From NCBI RefSeq assembly GCF_009914755.1, contig NC_060928.1: 64,000 nucleotides of DNA; one strand, given 5' to 3'. The position numbers were made by a program, and so were the translations under genes. This stretch comes from the human T2T-CHM13v2.0 reference genome, Homo sapiens. Shown one piece after another: positions 1 to 14,163 of this stretch. The first letter of the stretch is position 1, and each line of letters begins with the position of its first letter. The notes beneath the pieces are model-generated. The model had not been told where the DNA came from. It did no database searches and saw nothing but the letters and a program-made list of their open reading frames with translations.

Positions 1-1940
1 CACTAAAAATATTTCACCCGATATCATTTAAGTAAGATTTTATGAGGTTGACTTTTTTAAGTGGAATTAAATTAACTCTATAAGAAAAGGTATACTCAGG
101 ATTAAGTAAAGACCATTAGACCGTCAAGGATTATCTTCCTTTCAATACTGTGGTCCCTCCAGACAACATCTGTTTTCCCCATGGCTCAATATTCCTTTCC
201 TAATCTTACTGGTTGGCTGGCCTGAGGATATGTAGTCTACTTCCAAACTCTACTTCTTATAAGTTTCATGAATTTTCATTTTCTATCTTTTTATTTATGC
301 TTTTATCTTGTACATTTGGCACTACTTTCGAGTTTAATTGCAATAATTTCAAAGATAACAGTGTCGATAAACATGTTTTAAGGTAAATGTAATTACAAAG
401 CTACATATATATATTTCCTATGGAAGCAATTGTAACATCTCACTTATTAAGTCATGTTTTAGCTCATTTTTATCTCAATAAACACAAATGCATCAAAGCT
501 TATTTAAATTCACAGAATGAAACATGAATGATTAGAAAGTTCTACAAATAAACCAGTTAGCTTCTCCAAAAAATGGTTCTTGGGCAGAGCTCATAGTCAT
601 TTTCCCTTAGTAAATTATTGATCAGATGTTCTCAATGTTTGCCAAAATGTGAAACAAATATTAAGAACTAATGATGGGATGATATATGCAACTATCTTCA
701 ACTAAGGGATTCAGTTCAAGATCTTCACATTATTGCATTTGGAAGTTAGACAAGGAGCATATTTACTTTTATTTTACCTGTTGTGGAATGTTACATTGAC
801 AGATGTCTTCTGAATGGCTTACTTTTTTTTCTCCCTAAGTATTCAAATCTTCTAATTTTATCTGTTTATTACTGAAATGTCAAAACATTTGCTTCTAGAT
901 ACCCTGTGTGAACATTCATCTCCAAAGGGTCTCCTAGTAAGTGAGAAGTCAGTGGTTTGGGATATACAGGTCTTTTTGATTAGAGAACTAAGTATTTCCA
1001 TGGGCTGTTTTCTGAAAATGGAGTTAGGTTCAGTCTTTTATTCCCACTTTAATTTAAAATTAGACAGTTATTTGACAAATTTTCTATTAAGTCAAACACT
1101 TCATTAAAGAAGAGTACTAAAGATCATCTTGGCAAAAAAAGCTTTTATATCTGTTCAGCTTAGAGTTCTAATCTTATAGCTAAATGTTTCTTAAGGTTTT
1201 TTTTTTTCTAAAAGAGATCACTTTTTAATGAATGAGTGTAACTTTTTATTAAGACAATTATTTTCATTAAAGAAGTATATGAAAATGGTTAAGTAAAATC
1301 AAATGGCTCCAAAAATCTTAACAGTGAAAACAACAGTCCTGCCAGTTGTTCTTTCCAGAGGCAAGCACTTTTCATTCTCTTAGTTTTTCCTGCTGGTAGT
1401 TACCTTCATGGATTTTTTCCAGATTATTATTTTTTTTGGTTTTTCAAGTGAATGCATACATGAATACATGTAATTTTTAAAAGCCTCTTCAGTTTATAAT
1501 GCATCCTAACAGTACCCTGCCCCATCCCTCCTAATTCTAAATGACTTTTAACTCTTTTAGCAATGTCTTCTATTTTTTTCCTTATGTAACTAGTCGTTTC
1601 TTGATTATTTTATACATTATATAGTGATTTCTTGATATGACAGTTGAGGATTTAGCTCTTATACCATCACTATCTTCACTTTTCCTCCCATATTGTCCCA
1701 AAGTAGTTACCAGATTTAGGAGCTAAGCAGTCACCACATCATTATGATGATGTACATATTACTCATTGTTGAGAAAAACAGCGTGTTATACTCTTATTTC
1801 CTATCTTGTACTTCTTTCTGCCCTAGAATTAATGATTGCCTAACCAACCTTTCCCCCTTGTTTTTTTTTTTTTATTTCTGCTTTATCTTCAATGAGCTTC
1901 TTTCCAAATGCCCCAAATCTGGCAATAACCCATTATTATT

Positions 1941-2060
1941 TTTAAGAGAAGGGATCTCACTATGGTGACCAGGCTGGTCTGGAACACTTGGGCTCAAGCC
2001 ATCCTCTTGCTTAGCCTCCTGAGTAGCTGGAACTACAGGCATGGGCCATTCTCTCCAGCT
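1941..2060 (-). mobile_element. Alu monomer (FLAM-like)
   Basis: Reverse-strand Alu motifs (aggctggtct...ggctcaagccatcctc...gtagctggaactacaggc); single arm only. Confidence 0.75.
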
Positions 2061-4787
2061 AACCTATTAATATTTTTAGTGTTTCTTTTAAAAACCAGCT
2101 CCATAGCTGGAATATTGCCTGCGTTAGATCCTATTTGCTGGATCCATGTCATTCTCTGGTTTGTGTACTCCTTCATTTTGCTGGAGTATTTTCTCCAATA
2201 GCTTCCCAAGAAAGGGTACATAGAGGTAGCCCCTGAGTCTTTGCTTGTCTAAAAATGTATTATTTTACCTTCACCCTTGATTATTTGGCTGAATACAAAT
2301 TTATATGAAAATTATCAATACATAAACTTCTGACTTTTTTCATTCCTTTATTTCCTGCAATCCCAGTAAACAGCTAGGCAAATTATTTTTTCACTTAAAA
2401 AATTTGGCAAGTCATCAAATCCAAAATGTTAAGCATGTATTTACATAATTTTTATAACTTTTCCCAATAATTAAAATAAGTATCAAAATTATGAAGTTGT
2501 TTTCAACTGTCCTTGTGTATGAATGTGTGTATAAGAGAGGGAATGAGAGAAAAATGATAGGGAGACACTGAGATGACAAACAAATAAATTATCCTTTAAA
2601 ATATGACCCATATTTAAAATATTTAATAAAGAGGCAAATAAAAGCGGGCAATATAATATATTTGTTTCAAAGGATTTATCTATATTTTGCCACTCTACAC
2701 TAGATGTACCTAAGGCACTTCATGAGAAACCTTAGCTATTGAATTAGGACGTTAGAGTAGCATTTGTAATCTATTGCTATAGTATAATTGCCTGGTATGG
2801 AAAAAGATGAGAGATTTTTTTCTAGTTTTGAGCTTCCTCTTTTTTTAGTGTTTCTCTTTTTATTTCCCATTACTAATACCATTATTTGGAAAATTCTCAT
2901 GTGTCAAGTACTAATAGCTGTTGAGGAACTAGGATGCATATGCACAAATTCTGTGAATATTTTTATGTGATAAAATTTTTGGTGCTGATAAATTATCAGG
3001 GAGTTTTGTATTTTTTTTTGTAAGCCCAAGAATGTGATTTGGTGCCATGGATCTTGAAGAGTTTAGAATCAATAGGCTTGCGTTCAGATTTAAGCTCAGC
3101 TATTTTCTAGTAATAAAAGCTTTATAAATTAAAAAAGTTTTATTCAGATATAATACATATATGTAACAATAATGCAGGTATATTACCTGTAATACATGAA
3201 AATAAATAATACATTTATCCACACATCATTCACATGCCATAAAAATCAACCTCTTGAAGAATGCAGTTTAGTGCAACCACTCCTATTATTTACTGTTAGA
3301 ACATTTTCATCATCCAAAAAGGAAAACCCAAACCCATTTGCAATTAATCCCTATTTTTCATCGCAATTCCTACCCCTTGGAAATCACAAATCTGCTTTCT
3401 GTCTCTATGGTTTTGCTTATTCTGAATACTGCATGTAAATAAAATCACATAATGTGTGGTCCTTTGTGAATGGCTTCATTCACTTAGCATGATGTTTTCA
3501 GGGTTCATTCATGTTCTAGCATGTACTTCTTTTCTTTTATGGAAGGATAATATTCCATTGCATGGACAGGGTACTTTTGTTCATTAATTCAGCAACTGAT
3601 GAACATCGGTTGTTTTCCTCCACTTTTTGGCTACTACAAATAATGTTACTTCTACAAATATTTATGTACAAGTTTTGTGGTGATAAATGTTTTTATTTTT
3701 CCTGAGTATACACTTAGTAGTGGAATTGTTGGGTCATATAGTAACTGCCTATGTGTTTGAGAAAATGACAGTTTTCTGATATGTCTACGTCATTTTACAT
3801 TCCCACAGTTGTTTATGAGCATTAAAAGTATTCCATATTTGCCAGTACATGTTATTATCTGCCCTTTTTATTATCTCCATTCTGGTAGGTGTGAAGTAGG
3901 ATACCATCGTAGTTTTAATTTGCATTTCCCTAATGATGAATGATGTTAAACATCATTTATATTGGCCACTGTATAAAATAGCATATTGGCCTTTGCGGTA
4001 TTTGTTTGGAGAAATATTTATTCAAATCTTTTGAAAAAATTTAATTGGATTGTCTTTTTATTACGAAGATTTAAGTTTTTTATGTATTTTGGATACCAGT
4101 TTGGATACCTTTATCAAATACCTGATTTTAAATATTTATATTATTTTGTTGTTTTTCATTTTCTAGATGTTGTCCTTTGAAGCAAAATTTTGTAATATAT
4201 AAAATCCAAGTTTTATTTGTTTTCTTTTATGACTTGTGCTTTTAGTGTCATATCTGAGAAACCATTGGCTAATCCATGGTAAGAATAATATACTACTATG
4301 TACTTTTTAAAGAGTTTTGTACTTTCAATTTTTACATTTAGGTCTTTAGTGTTTTGAGTTAATTCTCATATATGGTGTGAGAGAACTGTCCACTTTTATT
4401 CTTTTGCGTGTGGATATTCAGTTGTCCTAGCACCATTTGTTGAAAAGACTATCTAGTTAATTGTCTAAATATTCCCATTGAAAATTAATTGACCATAAGA
4501 TTTAAGGTTGTATTTTTCTGAGTTTTCAATTTTATTTCATCAATTTATATGTCTGTTGTTTTGCAGATTTCACAAATATGTTGATTGTCCTGGCTTTGCA
4601 TTAAATTTTTAAATAGGAAAGTCTGTCTTCTAACTTTGACTTCTTGTTGTAGATTATTTTGGCTATTCTGGGTTTCTTGAAATTCCATATGAATTTTAGA
4701 GTAATCTTGTCAATTTCTGGGAAAAAAGGCAGTTGGAATTTTCACAGGGATTGTGTTGAATTTGTAGATAAGATTGCAGAGTATTAC

Positions 4788-5166
4788 TGCCATGGTTTGA
4801 ATGTGTGTCTCGCTCCAAAATTTATTTGTTGAAACCTAATCCCCAATGCAATATTATTAGGACATGGGGACTCATGGTAGGTGATTAGGTCATGAGGCTC
4901 AACCTTGACAAATGGGACTGGTGCCCTTATAGAAGAAGCCTGAGGGACCTTGTTCATCCCCTTTATCCTGTGAGAACACATTGCATTTGGAAGTTAAAAA
5001 GAGAAGTTGCCATTTGTGAATCAGAAAACAGGCCCTCACCAGACACAAAATCTGACATCTTGGTATTGGACTTCACAGCCTCCAAAACTGTAAGAAATAA
5101 ATTTCTGTTGTTTACAAGCTATTCAGTTATGGTATTTTGTTATATCAGCCAAAACAAATTAATACA
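4788..5166 (+). mobile_element. MaLR solo LTR (MLT1A/MST-type)
   Basis: TG...CA ends (tgccatggtttgaatg...aattaataca), gactggtgcccttatagaa and ggacttcacagcctccaaaactgtaagaaataaatttctg motifs. Confidence 0.8.
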
Positions 5167-5575
5167 ACTGCTATTTAAAAAATAGTATGTGTTCCAATTC
5201 ATAAGTATAAGATTTTTAAAAATATTTAGATCTTGTTTAGTTTATATCAATAATGTTTTATCATTTTCAATATACAAGTCTTGCACCTCTTTTGTTAAAT
5301 TTCTTCCTTTTTTCATTTTTTTGGTACTATTGTACAAGGCATTGTTTTCTCAATTTAGTTTTCAGAATTTTTACTGTGACTATAGAGAAATAAAGTTAAT
5401 TTTTGTATAGTGATCTTGTATCCTGTCACCTTGTGGAACTTATTTCTTAGTCCTAATAGTAATATTTGTGAATCTAATAGTAGTTTTATGTAGGTTATAA
5501 TTTTTATATATAATAACTTGTCATCTGTGACTTGAGATAGTTATACTTCTTCCTTTCCAATCTCAAAACCTTTTA

Positions 5576-6047
5576 CAGGTTGAGCGTCCCTAATCTGTGA
5601 TGCTACTGTGCTGCTTAGTTATTTTGAACACTCTATTGTGTCACTATGTTAATGGTATGCCACATTTTTTTACTGTTAAGTACTTAAGTGTGAATAGGTG
5701 TAAGAAAATAATTGCTTATGGTAACATATGAACTCAAACTCAGGAATGATAGTGACGCCAAACAACCACAGACTGTGTGAGTGGCAGAGACAGTGACACC
5801 ATTGTTTTCTGTTGGTTCAATGTATGTAAACTTTGTTTCATGCACAAAATTATTTAAATATTGTATAAAATTACCTCCAGCCTCTGTGTATAAAGTATAT
5901 ATAAAACACAAATGAAGTTCATGTTTAGACTTGGGTTCCATCCCCAAGAGATCTCATTACATATATGCACATATTCCAAAATTCAAAAAATCCCAAATCC
6001 AAAGAATTTCTGGTACCATACATTTTGGATAAGGGATACTCAATCTT
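5576..6047. mobile_element. Tigger4/Zombi (MER46-type) non-autonomous DNA transposon
   Basis: Terminal inverted repeats caggttgagcgtccct...agggatactcaatctt flanked by TA. Confidence 0.8.
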
Positions 6048-6359
6048 TATATTTAATTTTGTTTTCCAAATTTCCCTGCCTGTAAACTTTATGACATTCA
6101 TATAGAATTTGCAAGAGCAGACATTTTTGCCTTGTTCCTGATCATAGAAAGTATTCAGTCTTTAACCATTAACCGTGATATTGGCTGTGGATTTGTTTTT
6201 AAGTCCTGTATAAAGTTGAAAAAGTTCCTGTCTTGTCTTAATTTATTGGGAGATTATGTAATGAAAGTGTATTGGATTTTGCAAAATACTTTTCCTATGC
6301 CTAGGGATATAATCTTATGGTTTTTTGCCCTTTATAATATAATATGGTATATTACACTG

Positions 6360-6362
<3 letters not shown>

Positions 6363-6404
<42 letters not shown>
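6363..6404. repeat. (GT)n microsatellite
   Basis: About 21 perfect GT units. Confidence 0.98.
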
Positions 6405-6406
<2 letters not shown>

Positions 6407-6818
6407 AACCAACCTTGCATTCCCAGAAAATGTCTCATTTGGTTGAGGTGTATAATCCTTTTAATATGTTGCTAGCTTCAGTTTGTAGGTATTTTGTTGG
6501 TGATTTTGGTCATTTTATTCAAAGAGATATTGGTCTGAAAATTTCTTACAATATTTTTGTCTGGTTTTGGTGTCTGGGTAATACAGGCCTCTTAGAATGA
6601 GGTTGGAAGTTTGTAGAACTCGCCAGGGAAAGCATCTGCATCAGGGCTTTTCTTCGTGAAAGGTTTTAGATTAATAATTCAGTCTCTTAACTTGTATAGG
6701 CCTATTCAGATTTTCTATACTTTCTCTTGGTGTTTTAATAATTTGTGTCTTTATAAAAATTTGTCCATTTCATTTACATTATCTAATTTATTGACATACG
6801 ATTGCTTATATTATTCTC

Positions 6819-7244
6819 TGATATGGTTTGGATCTGTGTCCCCCCAAAATCTCATGTTGAATTGTAATCCCCAATGTTGGAGGTGGGGCCTGATAGGAGG
6901 TGGCTGGATTATGGAGGCTGATTTCTCATGAATGGTTTAGAACCATCTCCTCTTGACACTGTCCTAGCAATAGCAAGTTTTCCTGAGTTTTCATGAGCGC
7001 TGGTCATCTAAAAGTTTGTGGCATCTCCCCTACCACCTCTCCACCTCTGCTCCTGCCATGTGAGATGCCTTGCTCCCCTTTTGCCTTCCACCATGGAAGC
7101 TTCTTCCTGAGGCCTTCCCAGAAACAGAAGCTGCTATGTGTTCCTATACAGCCTGCAGAACTATGAGCCAATTGAACCTCTTTTGTATATAAATTATTCC
7201 ATCTCAGGCATTTCTTTATAGCAGTGAGAAAACGAATGAATACA
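6819..7244 (+). mobile_element. MSTB/MSTA MaLR solo LTR
   Basis: tgatatggtttggatctgtgtccccc start, cagcctgcagaactatgagccaatt, ends aataca. Confidence 0.85.
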
Positions 7245-7254
7245 TCCCCTATAG

Positions 7255-7543
<289 letters not shown>

Positions 7544-7847
7544 TGAAATTGATAGACACCTCATTTAGTTGTGGTTTTTATAGTTTGATTCATCTCTCTT
7601 TTTTTATTGGTAAGTCTAGATAAAAGACTTAACAAGTCTTTTTGTCAATTTTGCTGAGTTCTTAAAAAACAACTTGTTTTTATCAAATTTTCTTTTATTC
7701 TATCCTCAATTTCATTTATTTCTTTTCTAGTCTTTTTATTTCCTTTTTTTTTTTTGGCTTGCTTTGAGTTTAGATTGCTCTTTTTTCCTTTTTTCTTAAG
7801 GTGAAATTTAGGTCACTAATATAACATATTTATTATTTTGTAATATG

Positions 7848-8193
7848 CAGTAGTTCCCCCTTGTCTGTAGTTTTACTTTCTGTGGGTTTAGTTACTGTTG
7901 GTCAACCATGGTTCAAAATAGGTTGATATATAGTACCACAAAATATTGAGGGAGAGAAAGAGAAGGAGAGAGACCATTTTCACATAATTTTTATTAAAGT
8001 ATATTGTTATATTCTATTTTTATTATTAGTTATTTTCATTAATCTCTCACTGTGACTAATTTATAAATTCATCTTTGTCATAAGTATATATTTGTAGAAA
8101 ACAATAATATAGAGAGAGTTTGGTTCTATCCCTGGTTTCAGGCATAGATTGAGGGTCTTGGAATATATCCCCTGTGGATAAGAGGGAGCTACT
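7848..8193. mobile_element. MER44A (Tigger7 family) DNA transposon
   Basis: TIRs cagtagttcccccttgtc...ggataagagggagctact; typical MER44 interior. Confidence 0.75.
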
Positions 8194-8198
8194 TTAAT

Positions 8199-8280
8199 GC
8201 TATTATTCCTGTTTTACAAATGTAGAAGTAGAAGCACAGCAAGATTAAGTAATTTGCCTAAGGTCACACAGCAAACTCTA
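8199..8280 (-). mobile_element. MIR fragment
   Basis: ttttacaaatg...aagtaatttgcctaaggtcacacagc core. Confidence 0.7.
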
Positions 8281-9554
8281 GAGTTGGTGCTTGCTCCCAC
8301 TGTAAAAGTATGTAAATGATAACAATGGAAGAAATTGGGCAAGACCACCAAAACAGAGGCCATCATCTTTCCCTGGCTGTGCTGCTGCATTTCCGTCTTG
8401 CTGTGCTGGGTTGTCAGGGAAATTAATTTTCTATCCTACATTAATGTATAAGATCAGGCCAAACTCCATGCTTTAGCTGCAATGACAGGCTCTTGTCTCC
8501 TTTCCTTGTGTCTTAGGTGAGGTTTTAAATCAAATATATGAAGTGTAAGAACTGGTTGACTGCACATTCTGATCAATTTTAAAGCATTTCTGTTTGTTAA
8601 TGTTATATTCATTTGGGAACCATTTAAGGCACATGTAACCTTACAGTATTAGAATGTATTCATGGGTTTTAATACCACTAAGAGTTAATTTGAAAAATAA
8701 AAACAGAAAGTTCTTCTTCCCTATTTTTCTTATTCTAGTTCTATACAATGCCCCACTTATTTCTCTAGATGTACTACTTACTGCCTATTTTAGGCAAACA
8801 TCTACATATGCCTTCTATTGGCTGAGAAAAGGAAAAGTGTGAAAATACCTCAGGCACATACTAGAATTAATTTGATAAGACAGGGGTGGCCAATTATCAT
8901 GGCATAATGGCATTTTTTGTTGCTGTTGTTGTTTGTCCAGTGGGGAAAATCAAGGTAACAAGTTGCAAGATGACTGATCCTCAGGGAGTCATTGCCTTTC
9001 AAAGTAAATGATGGAAATCAGAACCATTTTATGTTTTTGTTGTTTAGTTATTGAATAGAACTAAATCTGTAAACTGCTTTGTTAACACTTTGTTAGTTTA
9101 CATATGTACCCTTTAAAATAGGATATTTTCTTAGCTACATTTAAAGAGGATGAATGAGACACAATTAAGCCACAACACCCCTTTTTCTTAGAGGACTAGA
9201 ACATGTTTCAGTATATTCATACATGCCCACATCCACTTATATAACCTTTTATTCTTCCTGAGCCTGCATCCCAATTTGAGCCAAGAGATGAAAGTTTGAT
9301 TAGTATTTTGTAAATATTATAATTTTACAATATAATTTAGACTTAGTAGCCATTAATAAATTTTTTAAAAACATGTCGAGTCAGTTATGTACTGCGGCTC
9401 TATGAGAAAAAAATCAGTTAAGGTCAGATTCTTACAGACTTTTACATGAGAAAAATAAAGCAAATTTTAATTGGATAAAATTCCAAATTAATGAAAAATT
9501 TCCACAGTAACTAATGTGCTAAGAAAGACATAAATGAGGTGATATTAGAAGTTA

Positions 9555-9828
9555 CAATATATAAAACTTACAAAATTACAGCTAGATAGGAGGAATAAGT
9601 TCTTGTGTTTGATACCATTATAGAATGACGATACTTAACTGTAATATATTATACAGTTTCAAATAGCTAGAAGGAGTATGAACCTTCCCAACACAAAGAA
9701 ATGATAAATGTTTGAGATGATGGATAAGCTAATTAATCTGATCTGATTACTATACATTGTATGTATCAAAGCATCACTATGTACCCCACAAATATATACA
9801 ATTATCATTTGTCAATCCAAAATAAAAT
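9555..9828 (+). mobile_element. L1MA 3' end fragment
   Basis: acagctagataggaggaataagttc...cccaacacaaagaaatgataaatgtttgagatgatggata. Confidence 0.8.
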
Positions 9829-10009
9829 ATTTATTCTAGTCATAAGATACTCATGCTATCTGGAGAAGAAGAGAGGGTGAGAGAGTAAGGGAGAAGAGTA
9901 TGAATAGATCTCCTTTGTGAAAAGAAACTAGCCTGCTTCGAATATGGGTTAAGGTAGTGGTGGGGTGTTAAAAGTTCACCATAAAAGTAAAAATATAAGC
10001 AAAGGTATG

Positions 10010-11165
10010 ATCCTGTCATAGTGAAGGCACCTACTTGAGAAGTTTAAAAATAAGCAGAGACTTTAATGAGAGTGAAGAAAAGCTGCATAGTTATCTGTGA
10101 GTAGAGTAATCTAGGTGGAAGAAAGAACAAGTGCCCTCATGAAAGCACCCTAGGCAAAGATGTGTGCTTGGCATATTCCAGGGACAGCAGGATGCCAGTG
10201 TGGGTGCAACAGCATAGTAATAAGAGCAGTGACAAAGATCCTGTCCTTCACCAAACTCTAGCCAGCCTCCTCTGACCCCTCTTCTCAACAAAGCCTAGTA
10301 AAGATCTGGTAAAGACCTTTACTTGGCTTGTAAAGACCTGAACAAACACTAACATTTATAATAGCTCAAAGCTATTATAATAGCTCAGGTTTATAATAGT
10401 TCAAGGCTTTGTCCCTAGGATCACTCCTGTTCACCAGCCCCACATCACCCCCATTAAAATGCCTGCCTGAGAAAAGTCAAGGCTACCTAAAGAATTTACT
10501 ATTTGTTTGAGCTAACATCTGAAGCGAGAGCTCCTGTCTCCCTGCCTCTGTGAGATGGCAGGATACAAGCCTAACTTCAATGCATGCCAATTAGCAAATC
10601 CAGATGGATTTCACTCAACCAACCCCTCGTCCCTGCTTTTTGTAACTGTTCACTTCCCTGACTCAGTTCTTGTCCCTGCATACGTTTTGATTAACCCTTT
10701 AAATGCTCAGTCACCTCTGCACAAATTGGAATGGAGCTCAGCTCTTCCCTCCACTGTCAGTAGCTAATGAATAAAGTCGATTTTCACCGCTTGCTTTAAC
10801 TAATGTCCAGCCATGTTATACTTGACAGGAGTAGGACACAAAGTCAGAGGTATTAGACGGGAGTCTGTCCACATTAAAGCTTGTAATCTATGATACTCTG
10901 GATTTAACTTAGAGTGAATTGGAAATCCGTTAGAGGCTTTGGGGCGAGAAGAGGAATATGACATATTTTCAAAGAAACTATCTAACCTCTGTGTGGAAGA
11001 ACACCTGCAGATGGGCACGGGGAGAAGCAGAGACACCAATTAGGAGGCTTTTTCAGTAGTCTCAGCAAGAAATGATGATGTGTTGGTCTCAGTTAGTAGT
11101 GGGGTATATGTGAAATGATAAATTTTGGTTATATTTGAAGTTAGTATTACCCGGACTTGCCAATT
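10010..11165 (-). mobile_element. L2 fragment interrupted by an LTR
   Basis: Purine-rich antisense L2-like sequence on both sides of the MER67-like LTR; boundaries approximate. Confidence 0.6.
10230..10827 (+). mobile_element. ERV1 solo LTR (MER67/MER31-type)
   Basis: tgacaaaga...cttgaca termini, AATAAA near the 3' end, near-matching 4-bp flanks gcag/ggag. Confidence 0.75.
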
Positions 11166-11804
11166 CATGGTAGAAGCTGAATTTTAATAGATATGGATTA
11201 TTTACATACATAAATTAAAATGATTTTACACTTTGCTCAAATATCTGTGTCAAATTTATAAATAATGATTTTTTTTTCCAGAACAATTATGTCATGGAAG
11301 AAAAGACATCATTATCTAATTAGCAAATTCAGATATATAGTATACATTTCCCACTTGATTTTCTCCAGATAATTCAAAAGTGATAACTCTAATGAAGATA
11401 GACAAATTCAGTGTGTTAATTAGCAGATGATAATGAAAGGACATTATTGTTGAGGATGCTATCTATAGAAGATTTCCTATTATGTTCCCCCAGAAATACT
11501 TGCTTTTTCTCTCAGACTTTAAGAAAAATAAGGAGATTATTTTAAGATAAAGTTTTGTGTTTCCAGAAAATATCTTTATATGAAAAACAAGTTCAGTAAG
11601 TCAGTTCTATCAATTGGAAATTAAATTTCTCATTTGGTAGCCACAGCTGTTGAAAGTAGAACAAATAACCAGAGTCTGAGACCTCTTAAAGAGACAATTG
11701 TTTTCTTTATTTGTAGTAAGTGTGATAAACTTCATCCTAAATTTTATTAAGGAGAACACATTTATGACCCTTTTCCAGACACTACGAACAATTATGCATT
11801 TTCT

Positions 11805-11836
11805 TCCATCCATCCATCCATCCATCCATCCATCCA
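11805..11836. repeat. (TCCA)n microsatellite
   Basis: About 8 tandem TCCA units. Confidence 0.95.
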
Positions 11837-12174
11837 TTTAGCTTTCACCCAACATTGCCCAAGAATCATGGAAGTTTGCTTAAAGCGTTTCTCATCTCTG
11901 CAGTGGTAGCGACATATATCTGAAACCTAAGTTAGGAATAGTTTGGAATAGCACATTCTATTTATATGTGAATAATTTTTTAAACCCGGATTATTTTTGT
12001 AATGCCAAATACAGAAAAGAAATGTCAAAAAAAAATGTGTTTCGAATGTTTAATTGAAAGTCTGTGAATTTACACTAACCAAGAAGTTTCTTTGGGAAAG
12101 CTAAAGTGTGGGAGTGTGTGATTTTCATGCTTATCCAAAAAACGGGACTTTTAAGGATTTCTTATGCTTGACAA

Positions 12175-12345
12175 CAGATGGACCTGCGTTAGAATCGTGT
12201 TTCTATCATTTATAAGTTCTGTCACATTAAACATGATATGTAACTTCTCTGAGCCTTAGTATTATCAACTGTGAAATGGAGTAAATAATATTAATTGCAC
12301 GAGATTCCTGTAAGAATTTAATAGAATAATGTAATAGAATGCTTT
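12175..12345 (+). mobile_element. MIR
   Basis: aacttctctgagccttagt...ctgtgaaatggag core. Confidence 0.7.
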
Positions 12346-13689
12346 CTAAATTTCATTGAAAAGTTGCATGCAACTCAGTCATGTAAATATATAAATATTC
12401 TTTTTTTGATCTTAGAATAGTTCACTATCTATTAGTAATAGTCTATTAATAGTACTTTTCACAAGAACATAAATAATAAATACAGGTTTATAATAGCTGT
12501 ATTATTGCTGCTATACACACTTCTTTACTGCACCACTTTGAATGGCCCGATTTTTGCTATCTTAAAATCAGCACTGTTTACATTTAATAAGGCTACCACA
12601 CAGTGAAATTATCTTATGCAAAAGATTTAAAATAAAAATTAACCTATTCATTTACTGCAAATGTGTTCTTCTATTGAACTTCAGGTACTGTGTTTATTAC
12701 TAGAAATACAGTGATGTACAGACATAAAACACAGTTTCTCCATCAATGTCAAGAACAGTTTTGGAGGGAAATTTTTGGCAGCACACTGTTATTTCTCTTT
12801 ATGATTTGTGATCTTTTCTACGTTTCTTCAAACTGTTATGCAGAAAAAAAAATAAACCAGCATTTTGAATGGCTTACTAGCGTTCCTAAGCCACATTTAC
12901 AGGCCTTCATAAGAAGGATTTTTCTCCCTCTAAACCTTACTTGTGGCTTAATTGGATTATAGGTGCATAGATAAATTTTGCTTCCCTAAAATGTATGGAC
13001 AGGCATTATGGCATGGCTGGCTCTAAATCCAGCCATGGAAATGAGGCATCGTATTTGTCTAAGCAATATCAACTGGATGAAGCACACAGAACTCAGAGTT
13101 TATTCTTCCCCACTACTTCCTGATGTTCCAAGTCTCCATTCCCTTATGTTTTTTACCTTCCTGTTTTTTTAAAAAAAAAAAAAAATTATTAAACATTCAT
13201 GCAGTTAAAATGTCCATATTGTGTCTGGTTTAATTTTCTTTTCCTCCATCAGGCTTGAGGCTCAGCAACTGAAGATTTCCTCATCCCTCACTTTGAAGCT
13301 GGTCTGCCCCCTTTGATTTTCTCACTGGGGCCTTGGCTTCATAACAGTGATGGGACAGGGAATTGGTTGCGCGAACATGACAAAGCTCTCTAGGCTAGTA
13401 AGTTACCATTGAAATCCTTTCTGTTGATTGTTTCTGCTTCTCTTGGCTAACGCAGAACTGTTTTCTTTGCTTTCTGTACAACGGCTAGTCATGCTCTAAT
13501 TCTCCCACTGGGCACATGTGAGAATTCCTGAGAGGGTTCTAAGGAGTTTCCCCACTGGCAAATTTCCTAGATTGTTTTTTTTTTTTTTTTTGATTCTCTG
13601 CTTTAAACAACCACCTCCAGCAATATACTCCCAATTTCTTGCTGCTGGAGCAGACTTGCCAGCCTTTTAGGGTACAGTAAAAGCATACT

Positions 13690-14163
13690 GGATATGTGAT
13701 GCTCCATCCAGATCCACTAACTAGCTGGCTTATGTGCCTACCCCCATACCCTGGGAGAATTAGCAGTTAACAGGGTACAGCCGCACCCTTTTGGTGAATT
13801 GTCCTTGGCCAAAGTGGAGCTCCCTCATCCTGGAGGCTATGAACCATTTCTTCCCCGTGTCCCTTTCTGCCCAGAAGGGCACTGACTTCAGCTGTAACTA
13901 ACCGATAATGCGGTATAAAAGTCACCCCTTTGTCTTAAGGTGAGCCCAATCCTGGACTCACCTGAATCAGTCACATGTGCAAAGTCCCTTTGCCTGGATT
14001 AGATGAAGTGAGTTTTCAACTGAGACCAAGTTCTTGCTTACTCTAGATCTAGTACACTATCTTGTTTCTTTCACTTATATTTTCTTGAGCACACACCTCT
14101 AATGTATCCATTTAACAAGAAACCTTGTCTCAGGCTCTGCTCTGGGGAACTCAACCTAAAACA
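13690..14163 (+). mobile_element. LTR16-type (ERVL) solo LTR
   Basis: ccagatcc start region, ggtataaaa TATA-like motif, 3' end gtctcaggctctgctctggggaactcaacctaaaaca. Confidence 0.7.

Noticed and set aside
877-2970. Several 60-80 aa ORFs
   Set aside because: Hydrophobic low-complexity frames from AT-rich or repeat DNA, with no domain motifs or consistent splice structure
13012-13037. 9-bp stem hairpin catggctgg/ccagccatg as a possible small RNA
   Set aside because: Too short for a pre-miRNA and expected by chance in a window of this size
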